DNA of 64,000 bases from an uncultured Candidatus Saccharibacteria bacterium (GTDB taxonomy: Bacteria > Patescibacteriota > Minisyncoccia > SW-4-49-11). The translations under genes and the position numbers were made by a program. The notes under the pieces are model-generated. The model was not told the origin of the DNA. It was given only the letters and a program-made list of their open reading frames with translations, and searched no databases. Below are positions 29,394 through 38,539 of the stretch, piece after piece. Numbering within the stretch: the first letter of the stretch is position 1; every line of letters begins with the position of its first letter. Location: contig CAZPCB010000002.1 in assembly GCA_964585065.1 (NCBI GenBank), positions 166,967-230,966 of the forward strand, written 5' to 3'.

Positions 29394-29915
29394 CTATAAA
29401 GTAGCCTCTCCTTCTTCCCATTCTACAGGACATAGACCTCCATTTTTTAGAGCTGAGAGAACTCTTACTGTCTCATCAATACTTCGCCCGACATTTAGGT
29501 CAGATACTACTGCGTATCGTAATATTCCAAGAGGATCAATAATGAAAGTTCCACGAAGGGAAACTCCGCCATCATTATCTACAAGAATATTATAATCATC
29601 TGCAGTTTCTTTACGAAAATCTGAGAGAAGTGGAAATTCTAATTTTCCTAAATCTTTTTCTACCCAAGCTTTATGTGAATGTACGCTATCTACACTAGCT
29701 CCAAGTACTTGAGCTCCAAGTTTATTGAATTCCTCAATTTGTTTGTTGAACCCTGTGATTTCAGTTGGACATACAAAGGTGAAATCAAGAGGGTAAAAGA
29801 ATAGTACTACCCATTTCCCAGATCCAGTGATATGGGATAATGAATATTCTGCAAATTTTCCATCTTGATATCCTTGTAAGGTGAAATCAGGGGCTGGTTG
29901 TCCTACTTTGATCAT
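29394..29915 (-). CDS. Peroxiredoxin (AhpC/TSA family)
   Basis: FFYPLDFTFVCPTEI peroxidatic-Cys motif. C-terminal Cys in GGLCPVEW. Confidence 0.85.
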   Translation of the reverse strand: MIKVGQPAPDFTLQGYQDGKFAEYSLSHITGSGKWVVLFFYPLDFTFVCPTEITGFNKQIEEFNKLGAQVLGASVDSVHSHKAWVEKDLGKLEFPLLSDFRKETADDYNILVDNDGGVSLRGTFIIDPLGILRYAVVSDLNVGRSIDETVRVLSALKNGGLCPVEWEEGEATL

Positions 29916-30047
29916 AATTATAGTATTTATTGAATATTGAGTATATATGAATATACCATGTGTAGTATATCATAAAATAGCCTATATTTGAACTTATCTA
30001 CAATGACATCTAATTATGATATACTGGTATAAGAATAATACAATATT

Positions 30048-30644
30048 ATGATTGCGAGCTTATCTGGAAAAATTCAATATAAAAATCAGAATAGTCTTAT
30101 TGTGGATGTGAATGGAGTGGGGTATGCTATATTAGTAAATAGTATTACCTTGAGTTCACTGGGATTAGTAGGGGATGAGGTGTCACTCATTACCTATCTT
30201 GATGTTAAAGAGGATAGTTTAATTTTATTTGGATTTTTGGATATGTTATCATTTGAATTATTTAAGTATTTGATTTCAGTGAATGGAGTGGGGGCAAAAA
30301 GTGCCTTAGCTTTATTAGATCTTGATCAGCCTGAAGCTTTGATGAGAGCTATACAACAAGAAAGAGTCAATATACTCAATCAAGCTTCTGGTATTGGTAA
30401 AAAAACAGCCGAGAGAATTGTATTGGAGCTTCGAGATAAATTAGGTGCTTTAGCTTATATAGATGGGGGAGAGAATATTTCCTCCGATTCAACTCAAGAA
30501 TATCAAGGTACTCAAGATGTTTGGGATGCTCTGGAGTCTCTTGGGTATAAGTCAATACAAATTCAGAGAATTATGCCTCAATTAGATTCTAATCTTGAGG
30601 TGTCAGAGCAAATTCGCCAAGCCCTCAAATTATTACAAAAATAA
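30048..30644 (+). CDS. ruvA: Holliday junction branch-migration protein RuvA
   Basis: MIASLSGKI...VDVNGVGYAI OB-fold N-terminus. HhH domain II. C-terminal RuvB-interaction domain. Confidence 0.85.
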   Translation: MIASLSGKIQYKNQNSLIVDVNGVGYAILVNSITLSSLGLVGDEVSLITYLDVKEDSLILFGFLDMLSFELFKYLISVNGVGAKSALALLDLDQPEALMRAIQQERVNILNQASGIGKKTAERIVLELRDKLGALAYIDGGENISSDSTQEYQGTQDVWDALESLGYKSIQIQRIMPQLDSNLEVSEQIRQALKLLQK

Positions 30645-30654
30645 CAATAATCAT

Positions 30655-31113
30655 ATGAGTATCTCAACTATATATATTGGATCTGATCATAGAGGATTTG
30701 ATCTCAAGCAACATATTATACAGTTTCTAAAGACAAAAGGAATAGAAATTATTGATATTGGGAATACAGTATATGATGAGCATGATGATTATCCTGACTA
30801 TGCTACTGAGGTGGCTCGTGCAGTTGCGTCTAATTCAGATTCACTTGGTATTTTAGTTTGTGGAACAGGAGTAGGTGTGAGTATAGTGGCAAATAAAATA
30901 CATGGTATTAGATCAGCGGTATTGAGTGCTATTGAGACAGTTGCTATAGCCCGAGCACATAATCATATTAATGTATTGGCCCTATCTGCTAATCTTGAAA
31001 TTGAGCAAATCCCCGATATAGTAGAAACTTTTATTGATACAGAACCATCTTTGGAAGAGAGGCATATTCGACGTTTGGCTAAAATAACTGAATTAGAATA
31101 TAATCAATTATAA
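30655..31113 (+). CDS. rpiB: Ribose-5-phosphate isomerase B
   Basis: IYIGSDHRGFDLKQHI...VCGTGVGVSIVANK. Start reassigned to the ATG at 30655. Confidence 0.85.
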   Translation: MSISTIYIGSDHRGFDLKQHIIQFLKTKGIEIIDIGNTVYDEHDDYPDYATEVARAVASNSDSLGILVCGTGVGVSIVANKIHGIRSAVLSAIETVAIARAHNHINVLALSANLEIEQIPDIVETFIDTEPSLEERHIRRLAKITELEYNQL

Positions 31114-31114
31114 T

Positions 31115-32956
31115 ATGGCAAATTCTCCTGAAAAATTAAAAGTATTGTCAGCTCTTGCTCGTTATTGGAGTCTTTATGCAACAACTCAAGCAGGCTCAGG
31201 TCATCCGAGCTCTTCTTTATCAGTAGCTGAATTGGGGGTTGGATTATTTTTTGGGGGAGAATTTCATTATGATATTACAGATTCTAAAAGTCCTTATAAT
31301 GATAGATTTATTTTATCAAAAGGTCATGCAGCACCTTTGCTGTATAGTCTTTGGCTATTAGCAGGAGTTATTACCCCAGAGGAAATACAAGAATTACGCG
31401 AATTCGACAGTGTATTAGAGGGACATCCGAGTAAACGATTTATTTTTACTGATGCTGCCACAGGTTCTCTCGGGCAAGGCGTAGGTATTGGAATAGGATA
31501 TGCTCTCAATGCTAAAAATTTTGATAAAACTAATATATATACCTATGTTTTATTGGGAGACAGTGAACTTGCAGAAGGTTCAATATGGGAAAGCGTTGAG
31601 AGTGCAGCCTATTATCAATTAAATAATCTTATTGCATTAATTGACATTAATCGATTAGGGCAAAGAGGTGAGACTATGCAGGGATATCATATAGATGTAT
31701 ATCGCCAGCGATTTGAGGCCTTTGGTTGGAATGTCATTGCAATTGATGGACATAATGTCACTGAAGTAGTGTCAGCTTTAACTAATGCCAAAAAATCAGA
31801 GAACCCAACAGTAATACTGGCTCAAACCATTAAAGGAAAAGGGATATCATTGATAGAGGATAAAGACAATTGGCATGGTAAGGCATTAAGTCAAGAACAA
31901 TTTGATGAATATATTCATGAATTAGGGGATATAGATTTGACTTTAAGAGCAGAAATACCAGTCCCCACAATTACCGGAATTACCCCCTATACTCCACCAG
32001 TTTTTGATGTAAATTCCTATCCCCGCTATGATTTGGATACATTGGTATCTGCCCGTAAAGCTTTTGGAGATGCTCTTGATATTTTGACCCGCAATTATTC
32101 AGACATTATTGTATTAGATGCTGAGGTAAGTAATTCTACTTTTGCGAGTCACGCCGACCCTGAGAGATTTATTGAGATGTTTATTGCAGAACAAAATATG
32201 ATTGAGGTTGCAATAGGATTGTCTCTGTCTGGTAAAAAACCTTTTGCCTCATCTTTTGCAGGATTTTTAACCAGAGCCTATGATCAAATTCGTATGGCAC
32301 AATATAATAATCCTAATATGGTTATTATAGGTACTCATGCAGGTATATCTATTGGAGCTGATGGACCATCTCAAATGGCACTTAATGATATTGCTTTTTT
32401 TAGAGGATTATTTGGCTCAATAGTATTATATCCAAGTGATGCGGTATCAGCTCTTAAATTGACTGAACAAGCTTATCTATATCAGGGTCTTAGTTATCTT
32501 CGTATAACGCGAGCAGATGTCCCAGTATTATACTCTCCAGATGAAACCTTTGTAGTGGGGGGGGGTAAAGTATTACATCAAAGCGAGGCGGATGAATATA
32601 CATTAATTGGAGCTGGAATTACTGTCTATGAATGTTTGAAAGCCTATGATATACTACAATCAAGAGGAGTCAGAGTTCGAGTTATTGACTTATATAGTAT
32701 AAAACCTCTTGATACAGCGACTTTACATAGTGCGGCTCGGGAGACCAAAGGATTTATTATTGTAGAAGATCATCATATTTCAGGAGGAATTGCAGAGGCA
32801 ATACGATCTGAGTTAGAAGATATATTAATACCAATACGATCTTTATCAGTACAAGAAATTCCACGTAGTGGTAGGCCAGAAGAATTATTAACCTTTGAGC
32901 AAATTAATGTGGATAGTATAATAGGACAAGTAGAAAGTCTAAGACAAGATATATGA
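31115..32956 (+). CDS. tkt: Transketolase
   Basis: TPP-binding N-terminus SGHPSSSLS, GDSELAEGSIWE, pyrimidine-binding and C-terminal domains. 613 aa. Confidence 0.9.
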   Translation: MANSPEKLKVLSALARYWSLYATTQAGSGHPSSSLSVAELGVGLFFGGEFHYDITDSKSPYNDRFILSKGHAAPLLYSLWLLAGVITPEEIQELREFDSVLEGHPSKRFIFTDAATGSLGQGVGIGIGYALNAKNFDKTNIYTYVLLGDSELAEGSIWESVESAAYYQLNNLIALIDINRLGQRGETMQGYHIDVYRQRFEAFGWNVIAIDGHNVTEVVSALTNAKKSENPTVILAQTIKGKGISLIEDKDNWHGKALSQEQFDEYIHELGDIDLTLRAEIPVPTITGITPYTPPVFDVNSYPRYDLDTLVSARKAFGDALDILTRNYSDIIVLDAEVSNSTFASHADPERFIEMFIAEQNMIEVAIGLSLSGKKPFASSFAGFLTRAYDQIRMAQYNNPNMVIIGTHAGISIGADGPSQMALNDIAFFRGLFGSIVLYPSDAVSALKLTEQAYLYQGLSYLRITRADVPVLYSPDETFVVGGGKVLHQSEADEYTLIGAGITVYECLKAYDILQSRGVRVRVIDLYSIKPLDTATLHSAARETKGFIIVEDHHISGGIAEAIRSELEDILIPIRSLSVQEIPRSGRPEELLTFEQINVDSIIGQVESLRQDI

Positions 32957-33621
32957 TAGAAGTCAAAAATTTATCAAAAATCTATCAAATGAATGCAGAG
33001 AACAAAGTCTTTGCATTAAATGATATTTCATTTACCGCCGAGACCAAAGAAATGGTGGCTATTATTGGAAGTTCTGGATCTGGAAAATCTACTCTTTTGA
33101 ATATATTGGGGGGACTTGATCGTATTTATGAGGGTGAGGTAATTGTAGATAATAAAGATATTAAAGATTATAACCCCAATATATATCGAAGATTTAAAGT
33201 TGGGACTATTTTTCAGCAATTTAATCTTATATCGGCTTTGAATGTACTGGAGAATATATTGCTTCCAGTCAAATTTGGAAAACAATTATCAGTGAAGGAA
33301 TCGGAAGATAGAGCAAAATATCTATTGGATAAAGTAGGTTTGTTAGATAGATTAAAGCATAAGCCAAGCGAACTATCAGGAGGACAAATGCAAAGAGTAG
33401 CTATTGCCCGAGCTTTGCTTGCGAAGCCAGAAATATTATTAGCTGATGAGCCAACAGGAAATCTGGATTCAGTTACCGGTAAGGAAATAATGCATTTATT
33501 ATTCGAATTAAATGCTGAAGAGAGTATGACTATGTTTCTTGTTACTCATGATTTACATTTGGCTGAGGGAATAGACAGGAAACTATTCTTACGAGATGGT
33601 AGAATAGTAGATAATATATAA
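32953..33621 (+). CDS. ABC transporter ATP-binding protein (MacB/LolD-like)
   Basis: Walker A GSSGSGKST, signature LSGGQMQRVAIARAL, Walker B LLADEPTGNLD. ATGA overlap with tkt. Confidence 0.85.
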   Translation: MIEVKNLSKIYQMNAENKVFALNDISFTAETKEMVAIIGSSGSGKSTLLNILGGLDRIYEGEVIVDNKDIKDYNPNIYRRFKVGTIFQQFNLISALNVLENILLPVKFGKQLSVKESEDRAKYLLDKVGLLDRLKHKPSELSGGQMQRVAIARALLAKPEILLADEPTGNLDSVTGKEIMHLLFELNAEESMTMFLVTHDLHLAEGIDRKLFLRDGRIVDNI

Positions 33622-33624
33622 TAT

Positions 33625-34905
33625 ATGATTGGATATGCCATTAGTTTAGTCACAAGACGAAAATTAAGAACAATATTAACGAGTTTAGGTATTACTATTG
33701 CAGTTATTCTATTATCTTTGATTATTTTTGGAATGCAGGATCTTAAAAAATTATTAGTGAGTGCCATTCAGACACAATTCAAATCAAATGAAATATTTAT
33801 TTCTAATTCCGGGGGAGCTGGAGTTTTTGCGCCTCCATCAGCTGAAGAAACTGATGCGAATGAAACTACGCTTATTACTCAAGATGTGGTGAATAATATT
33901 AAAAAAATAGAAGGGGTAGACAATACAGTACCTGTTACTATTGTGAATAATCTTGAGATTAAAGTAGACGGTAAAGATAAAGCCTATAGCCCAGCTTTTA
34001 TATCGGGATGGGATATAAAGGGAGATGACACCTATTTTACTGATTTCTGGGGAGATAAAAGTAAGCCAGAAGGAAATAGTATTTTTGTTTCAAAATCAGT
34101 AGCTGAATTCTATGATATTAAACCAGAAGATTTAATTGGGAAAAAAGTAAGTTTTATTACCTCAAAAAGTGCTTTATTTGGCACAGTGAAAACTAAGGAA
34201 ATTCTCGATAGGAAATTCGACTATACTATCAAAGGAGTATTTGACCCAGGGTCAGATCGCAATGATGCTATTGTTTCCCTTGATACTTCTGTGGCAATTC
34301 TCACCGATATTGGCGGATTTGATTCTAAAGATGAATATATTTCATCAGTAGGATATGATTTACTTCGAGTAACAGGGGATGAGGCTAATATTAAAGGTAT
34401 TAAACAGGAAATAAAAGATACATATAATTTTAAAGGAATATTTACCGCAGATGATGTATTAGGATTCTTGAATCAAATTATTCAGGCCTTTACTATTGCT
34501 CTTATAGCATTTGGTACCATATCAGCAGTGATTGCAGCCATTGGAATTACCAATACTATGGTAATGAGTATTTATGAGCAAACCAAAGAAATTGGTATAT
34601 TAAAGGCAATGGGAGCATCTAATGGACAGATTTTAGGAGTATTCTTGATACAATCAGCTTTAATCGGATTATTAGGAGGTATAGTTGGGCTATTCGTAGT
34701 AATTGCAAGTATGCAAATTGGAAATATATTTATTGTACAACAACTCAAAGACATTGGTTTTGAAGTTGATACATTTTTCCATTTTAATCTTGGCTCAACT
34801 CTGATAATTGTAGCGATAAGTATATCTATTGGAATATTAGCAGGAATTTACCCGGCTCTTAAGGCTGCTACACTCAATCCAGTAAAAGCTTTAAGATCAG
34901 AATAA
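33625..34905 (+). CDS. ABC transporter permease, FtsX/MacB-like
   Basis: N-terminal TM segment, large periplasmic domain, C-terminal 3-TM FtsX-type module. Confidence 0.75.
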   Translation: MIGYAISLVTRRKLRTILTSLGITIAVILLSLIIFGMQDLKKLLVSAIQTQFKSNEIFISNSGGAGVFAPPSAEETDANETTLITQDVVNNIKKIEGVDNTVPVTIVNNLEIKVDGKDKAYSPAFISGWDIKGDDTYFTDFWGDKSKPEGNSIFVSKSVAEFYDIKPEDLIGKKVSFITSKSALFGTVKTKEILDRKFDYTIKGVFDPGSDRNDAIVSLDTSVAILTDIGGFDSKDEYISSVGYDLLRVTGDEANIKGIKQEIKDTYNFKGIFTADDVLGFLNQIIQAFTIALIAFGTISAVIAAIGITNTMVMSIYEQTKEIGILKAMGASNGQILGVFLIQSALIGLLGGIVGLFVVIASMQIGNIFIVQQLKDIGFEVDTFFHFNLGSTLIIVAISISIGILAGIYPALKAATLNPVKALRSE

Positions 34906-34955
34906 TTATACAAAGATCAAAAATAGGGTATAATAGAAAAAGATAAAATATAAAA

Positions 34956-36206
34956 ATGCAAAAAAAAGGGTTTACATTATTAGAGGTATTACTGGTTATC
35001 GCTTTAATAGGGATATTATTGACTATTATATTGGTAGTCCTCAATCCAAGGGAGCGTTTTGCTGTAGCTCGTAATGATGTTAGGAAATCTGATATACAAA
35101 AATTAGAAGGAGCTCTTACCCAATATCGCTTACAAGAGGGATCCTATCCTGCGGGACTTACTTCAACCTTACAAGAAATTTGTGACCCAGATATTAGTAA
35201 TCCTTCCGTAAATTGTGGTAGCTATATTAACTTATCATCTCTTGTCCCAACTTATATTCAATCCATACCACAAGATCCCCAAGACACTGATTCAACAGGA
35301 GGTTCTGGATATCAAGTTGCGGTAGATGTGACACGAAATGTAGTAGCACTAAAAGCAATACAGGCAGAATCCTCAGCTACAATATCTATTAATGACCCCT
35401 TATCATCGGCTCTACCAAGTACAGCGGTAAATACACCACTTGCAGCAAGTAACCCTTCCATAACTAGTCAAACTCCACCTTTAGTACCTAATACAGGAGA
35501 TGTATCGCTACTGCTCCATGCGGATGGTAGTTTTGCGGACAGTAGTCCTAATAATTTTGTTCCAATGAGTACTGGAGGGACTCCCGGAGTGAGTGGCGAG
35601 GGGGTGCAAATTAGTACTACTCAGAGCAAGTTTGGTGGTTCAAGCCTATTCTTCCCAGATGTGGACATAAATAATGCCCCCTATCCTGCGTTGTCATATT
35701 GGACACCTGAGTCTGGTGGATATAATTATTTCCCTGAGTTTAGCCTAGGAAATACTTATACAATTGAAGCATGGGTCTACGCAATTACACCCAGGGGAGG
35801 AATAGTTGAGAGGCTTGCTGGAGCTTTTTCACAGGAATATGGGTACTCTATGACGTTTGAAGGAGCACGAATAAAATGTTACTTTTACGGAACCTTCGAC
35901 GGTTCAGGATTTCAACAGTATATCTTAGCTCCTTCTGCATTTCCCACCTCAACCTGGGTTCATGTAGCGATGGTTCGTAGTGGAACAAACGGAGCCTTAT
36001 ACATTAACGGTGAGTCAGTTGGTACTATAAATAATCTTAACACTCCGCAAGGAAGTGTTAAGCCGGTTCGTATAGGTTCAAAAAGTGTTGGAAGCGGAGG
36101 AAATTATAACACTATCTTCTTCAACGGTTACATAGATGATCTACGTATCACTAAAGGAGTTGCCATATACACCTCTAACTTCACCCCACCTACTTCAGCT
36201 TTTTGA
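34956..36206 (+). CDS. Type IV pilin-like protein with C-terminal LamG/concanavalin A-like lectin domain
   Basis: Prepilin N-terminus MQKKGFTLLEVLLVIALIG. C-terminal 160 aa has the LamG_3 pattern (TWVHVAMVRSG..ALYINGESVG...FNGYIDDLRITKG). Confidence 0.65.
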   Translation: MQKKGFTLLEVLLVIALIGILLTIILVVLNPRERFAVARNDVRKSDIQKLEGALTQYRLQEGSYPAGLTSTLQEICDPDISNPSVNCGSYINLSSLVPTYIQSIPQDPQDTDSTGGSGYQVAVDVTRNVVALKAIQAESSATISINDPLSSALPSTAVNTPLAASNPSITSQTPPLVPNTGDVSLLLHADGSFADSSPNNFVPMSTGGTPGVSGEGVQISTTQSKFGGSSLFFPDVDINNAPYPALSYWTPESGGYNYFPEFSLGNTYTIEAWVYAITPRGGIVERLAGAFSQEYGYSMTFEGARIKCYFYGTFDGSGFQQYILAPSAFPTSTWVHVAMVRSGTNGALYINGESVGTINNLNTPQGSVKPVRIGSKSVGSGGNYNTIFFNGYIDDLRITKGVAIYTSNFTPPTSAF

Positions 36207-36269
36207 TGGGTTATATGTGACCACTTTTTCTGTTGATTAAAGAATTATTATTACCGCTAGAGTAGTATA

Positions 36270-36455
36270 TTGATCAGAGGTGATGGGTCTCGAGGTAATA
36301 CCTTTAATATCGGGGCAGGATTTACGAGTACTGCTCAGAGTATTATACAACAAAATGATGGGAACTTCGTTATAGGTGGCTATTTTGCTACTTATCAAGG
36401 AGTAGCAGAAGCTTATATAGCTCGTCTTAATACAGATGGAAGTAGTGCTCAGTAA
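36270..36455 (+). pseudogene. Remnant of a beta-propeller repeat (IARLNTDGS-type) with no proper start
   Basis: The ORF opens with TTG and has no ATG. The translation GYFATYQGVAEAYIARLNTDGS resembles one blade of the repeat in the pilin at 20599-22482 (FIAKYNTDGT). Confidence 0.35.
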
Positions 36456-36517
36456 GATATTACCCTATCTTTTTTATCATAAATATTCTATACTAGGTCT
36501 AAGATAATGTATTATAT

Positions 36518-37180
36518 ATGAGTATTATAGTTCCCGCGATATTGGCAAGTACCAAACAAGAATTCCGAGAATATCTCAATCAAATTAAATCTGTAGCTCA
36601 TAATATTCAAATAGATATTATGGATGGTGAATTTGTGGAGAGTAAATCTTTATTCCCGAGAGAGTTTTTCTATGAAGATTTTGGAAGTCTCAAAGTGGAA
36701 ATTCATATTATGGCTACTTTCAAAAATACCCAAGATATTATTGAAAGCCTAAAATCATTTGCTCCTCTTACTCGTATTATTGTACATCAAGAAAGTTGTG
36801 AAAATCTTGAGCAATTGCGTCAATTAGTAAATCAAGTAAAGGGTATTAATAAAGAGATCTCTATTGCAATTAACCCCGATACTGATATACGAGATATTGG
36901 TAAAGTAGTAAAGAAAATTGAAGGAGTACAATTCATGGGTGTTAATCCCGGATTTTATGGAGCAGCATTACAAGAAAAGGTTTATAATAAAGTAACTGAA
37001 TTCAAAGAGCGTTATACTATGTATGAGGGAGATATAGCTTGGGATGGGGGAGTTAATAAAGACAATATTAGGACTATTCAAGATTTAGGTGTGAATCGTA
37101 TTGCTATTGGAAGTGGTATATTCAAATCAGATAATCCAGCTCAAAGTTATCAGGAATTAATTATTCTATTAAAGGCATAA
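36518..37180 (+). CDS. rpe: Ribulose-phosphate 3-epimerase
   Basis: IDIMDGEFV, VNPGFYG, IAWDGGVN and IAIGSGIF match the RPE TIM-barrel motifs. Confidence 0.7.
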   Translation: MSIIVPAILASTKQEFREYLNQIKSVAHNIQIDIMDGEFVESKSLFPREFFYEDFGSLKVEIHIMATFKNTQDIIESLKSFAPLTRIIVHQESCENLEQLRQLVNQVKGINKEISIAINPDTDIRDIGKVVKKIEGVQFMGVNPGFYGAALQEKVYNKVTEFKERYTMYEGDIAWDGGVNKDNIRTIQDLGVNRIAIGSGIFKSDNPAQSYQELIILLKA

Positions 37181-37191
37181 TTGAGACAATT

Positions 37192-38487
37192 ATGGCAAAT
37201 CCACTCATATCAAAACTAAAATCATATTATCATATTGCGATTACCTATGGAGCTCATATTATAACGGGTCGCCCAAGTGAATCAATGATAGTAATAGGAA
37301 TTACGGGAACTAAGGGTAAGACGAGTACTGTCTATGCTCTCTATCAAGTGCTTATCAAATTAGGGCTTAAGGTGGGATTGTCCTCTTCTGTATATACCAG
37401 TAATGGTAAAGAATTAATCAAAAATCCTATTCGAAATTCCATGCCAGGAAGAGGCAGAATTCATCAATTAATGAGAGAATCTCAACAAAATGGGGCGACT
37501 GTATTCATTGTAGAGGTTACTAGTGAGGGATTGGCTCAAAATCGTCATCTTGGTATTCATTTTGACTCTGTTGTAATTACCAATTTATATCCAGAGCATT
37601 TGGAAGCTCATGGAGGTTTTGAGAATTATAAAAGAGCTAAAGGAATATTATTCAACGTTTTTGATACAGCTAAGACTAAAACTGTGCAAGGCAAAGTCAT
37701 TCAGCCTATATCTTGGGTGAATCAAGATGATGAACATCAAGAATATTATCGCAACTTAACACAAAAAACAGTATATTCAATTGGGAAATCAGATAAGGCT
37801 CGTATACAAATGAAATCGATTGAATCAGATGAAAATGGATTGGTATTCACCTATACTGATAAAAATCTTAATACATCCTATCAAGTTACAACCCCAGTTC
37901 TAGGAGAATTTATGGGATATAATCTGTTATTTGTAATTGGTATAGCTCATTGGTTAGGTTTTGAATATGAAGCTATTAACAAAACTCTAGCTACATTAAA
38001 TGATATTCCGGGGCGTATGAATAAAATTGCCACAAATCCAACAATTTTTGTTGATTATGCCCATATTCCAGAAGCTTTAGAAAAAGTATATCAAACTATT
38101 AATTTAAGTTTTAAGGGTAAGGGAAAAACTATTGCCATATTAGGTTCTTGTGGTGGGGGAAGAGATACATGGAAGCGCTTACCAATGGGAAAAATTGCAG
38201 GACAAATGAATGATTATGTTATTGTAACAGATGAAGATCCCTATGATGAAAATCCCCAAGCTATTATTGATGAGGTATTCTCAGGGGTACTTGAGTCAGG
38301 AAAAATTGAGAATACGAATGCCTGGAAAGTATTATCTCGCCGAGATGCTATTATAAAAGCACTTGCTTTAGCTGAGAGAGAAGATGTGATTATTGTAACA
38401 GGGAAGGGGAGTGAAACTAGTATTATGAGAGCCAAGGGAGAAAAAGAAAATTGGAATGATACCGAGGTTGTTTTAAGCTTATTATGA
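37192..38487 (+). CDS. Mur ligase family protein lacking the N-terminal UDP-binding domain (MurE/MurF-, MurT- or CapB-like)
   Basis: P-loop IGITGTKGKTST starts only about 35 aa from the N-terminus. Mur ligase central and C-terminal domains are present (DEDPYDENP). Confidence 0.55.
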   Translation: MANPLISKLKSYYHIAITYGAHIITGRPSESMIVIGITGTKGKTSTVYALYQVLIKLGLKVGLSSSVYTSNGKELIKNPIRNSMPGRGRIHQLMRESQQNGATVFIVEVTSEGLAQNRHLGIHFDSVVITNLYPEHLEAHGGFENYKRAKGILFNVFDTAKTKTVQGKVIQPISWVNQDDEHQEYYRNLTQKTVYSIGKSDKARIQMKSIESDENGLVFTYTDKNLNTSYQVTTPVLGEFMGYNLLFVIGIAHWLGFEYEAINKTLATLNDIPGRMNKIATNPTIFVDYAHIPEALEKVYQTINLSFKGKGKTIAILGSCGGGRDTWKRLPMGKIAGQMNDYVIVTDEDPYDENPQAIIDEVFSGVLESGKIENTNAWKVLSRRDAIIKALALAEREDVIIVTGKGSETSIMRAKGEKENWNDTEVVLSLL

Positions 38488-38539
38488 AAATAAAATAATC
38501 ATATGGTATACTAAAAAATAAGTAACCAATATATATAGT

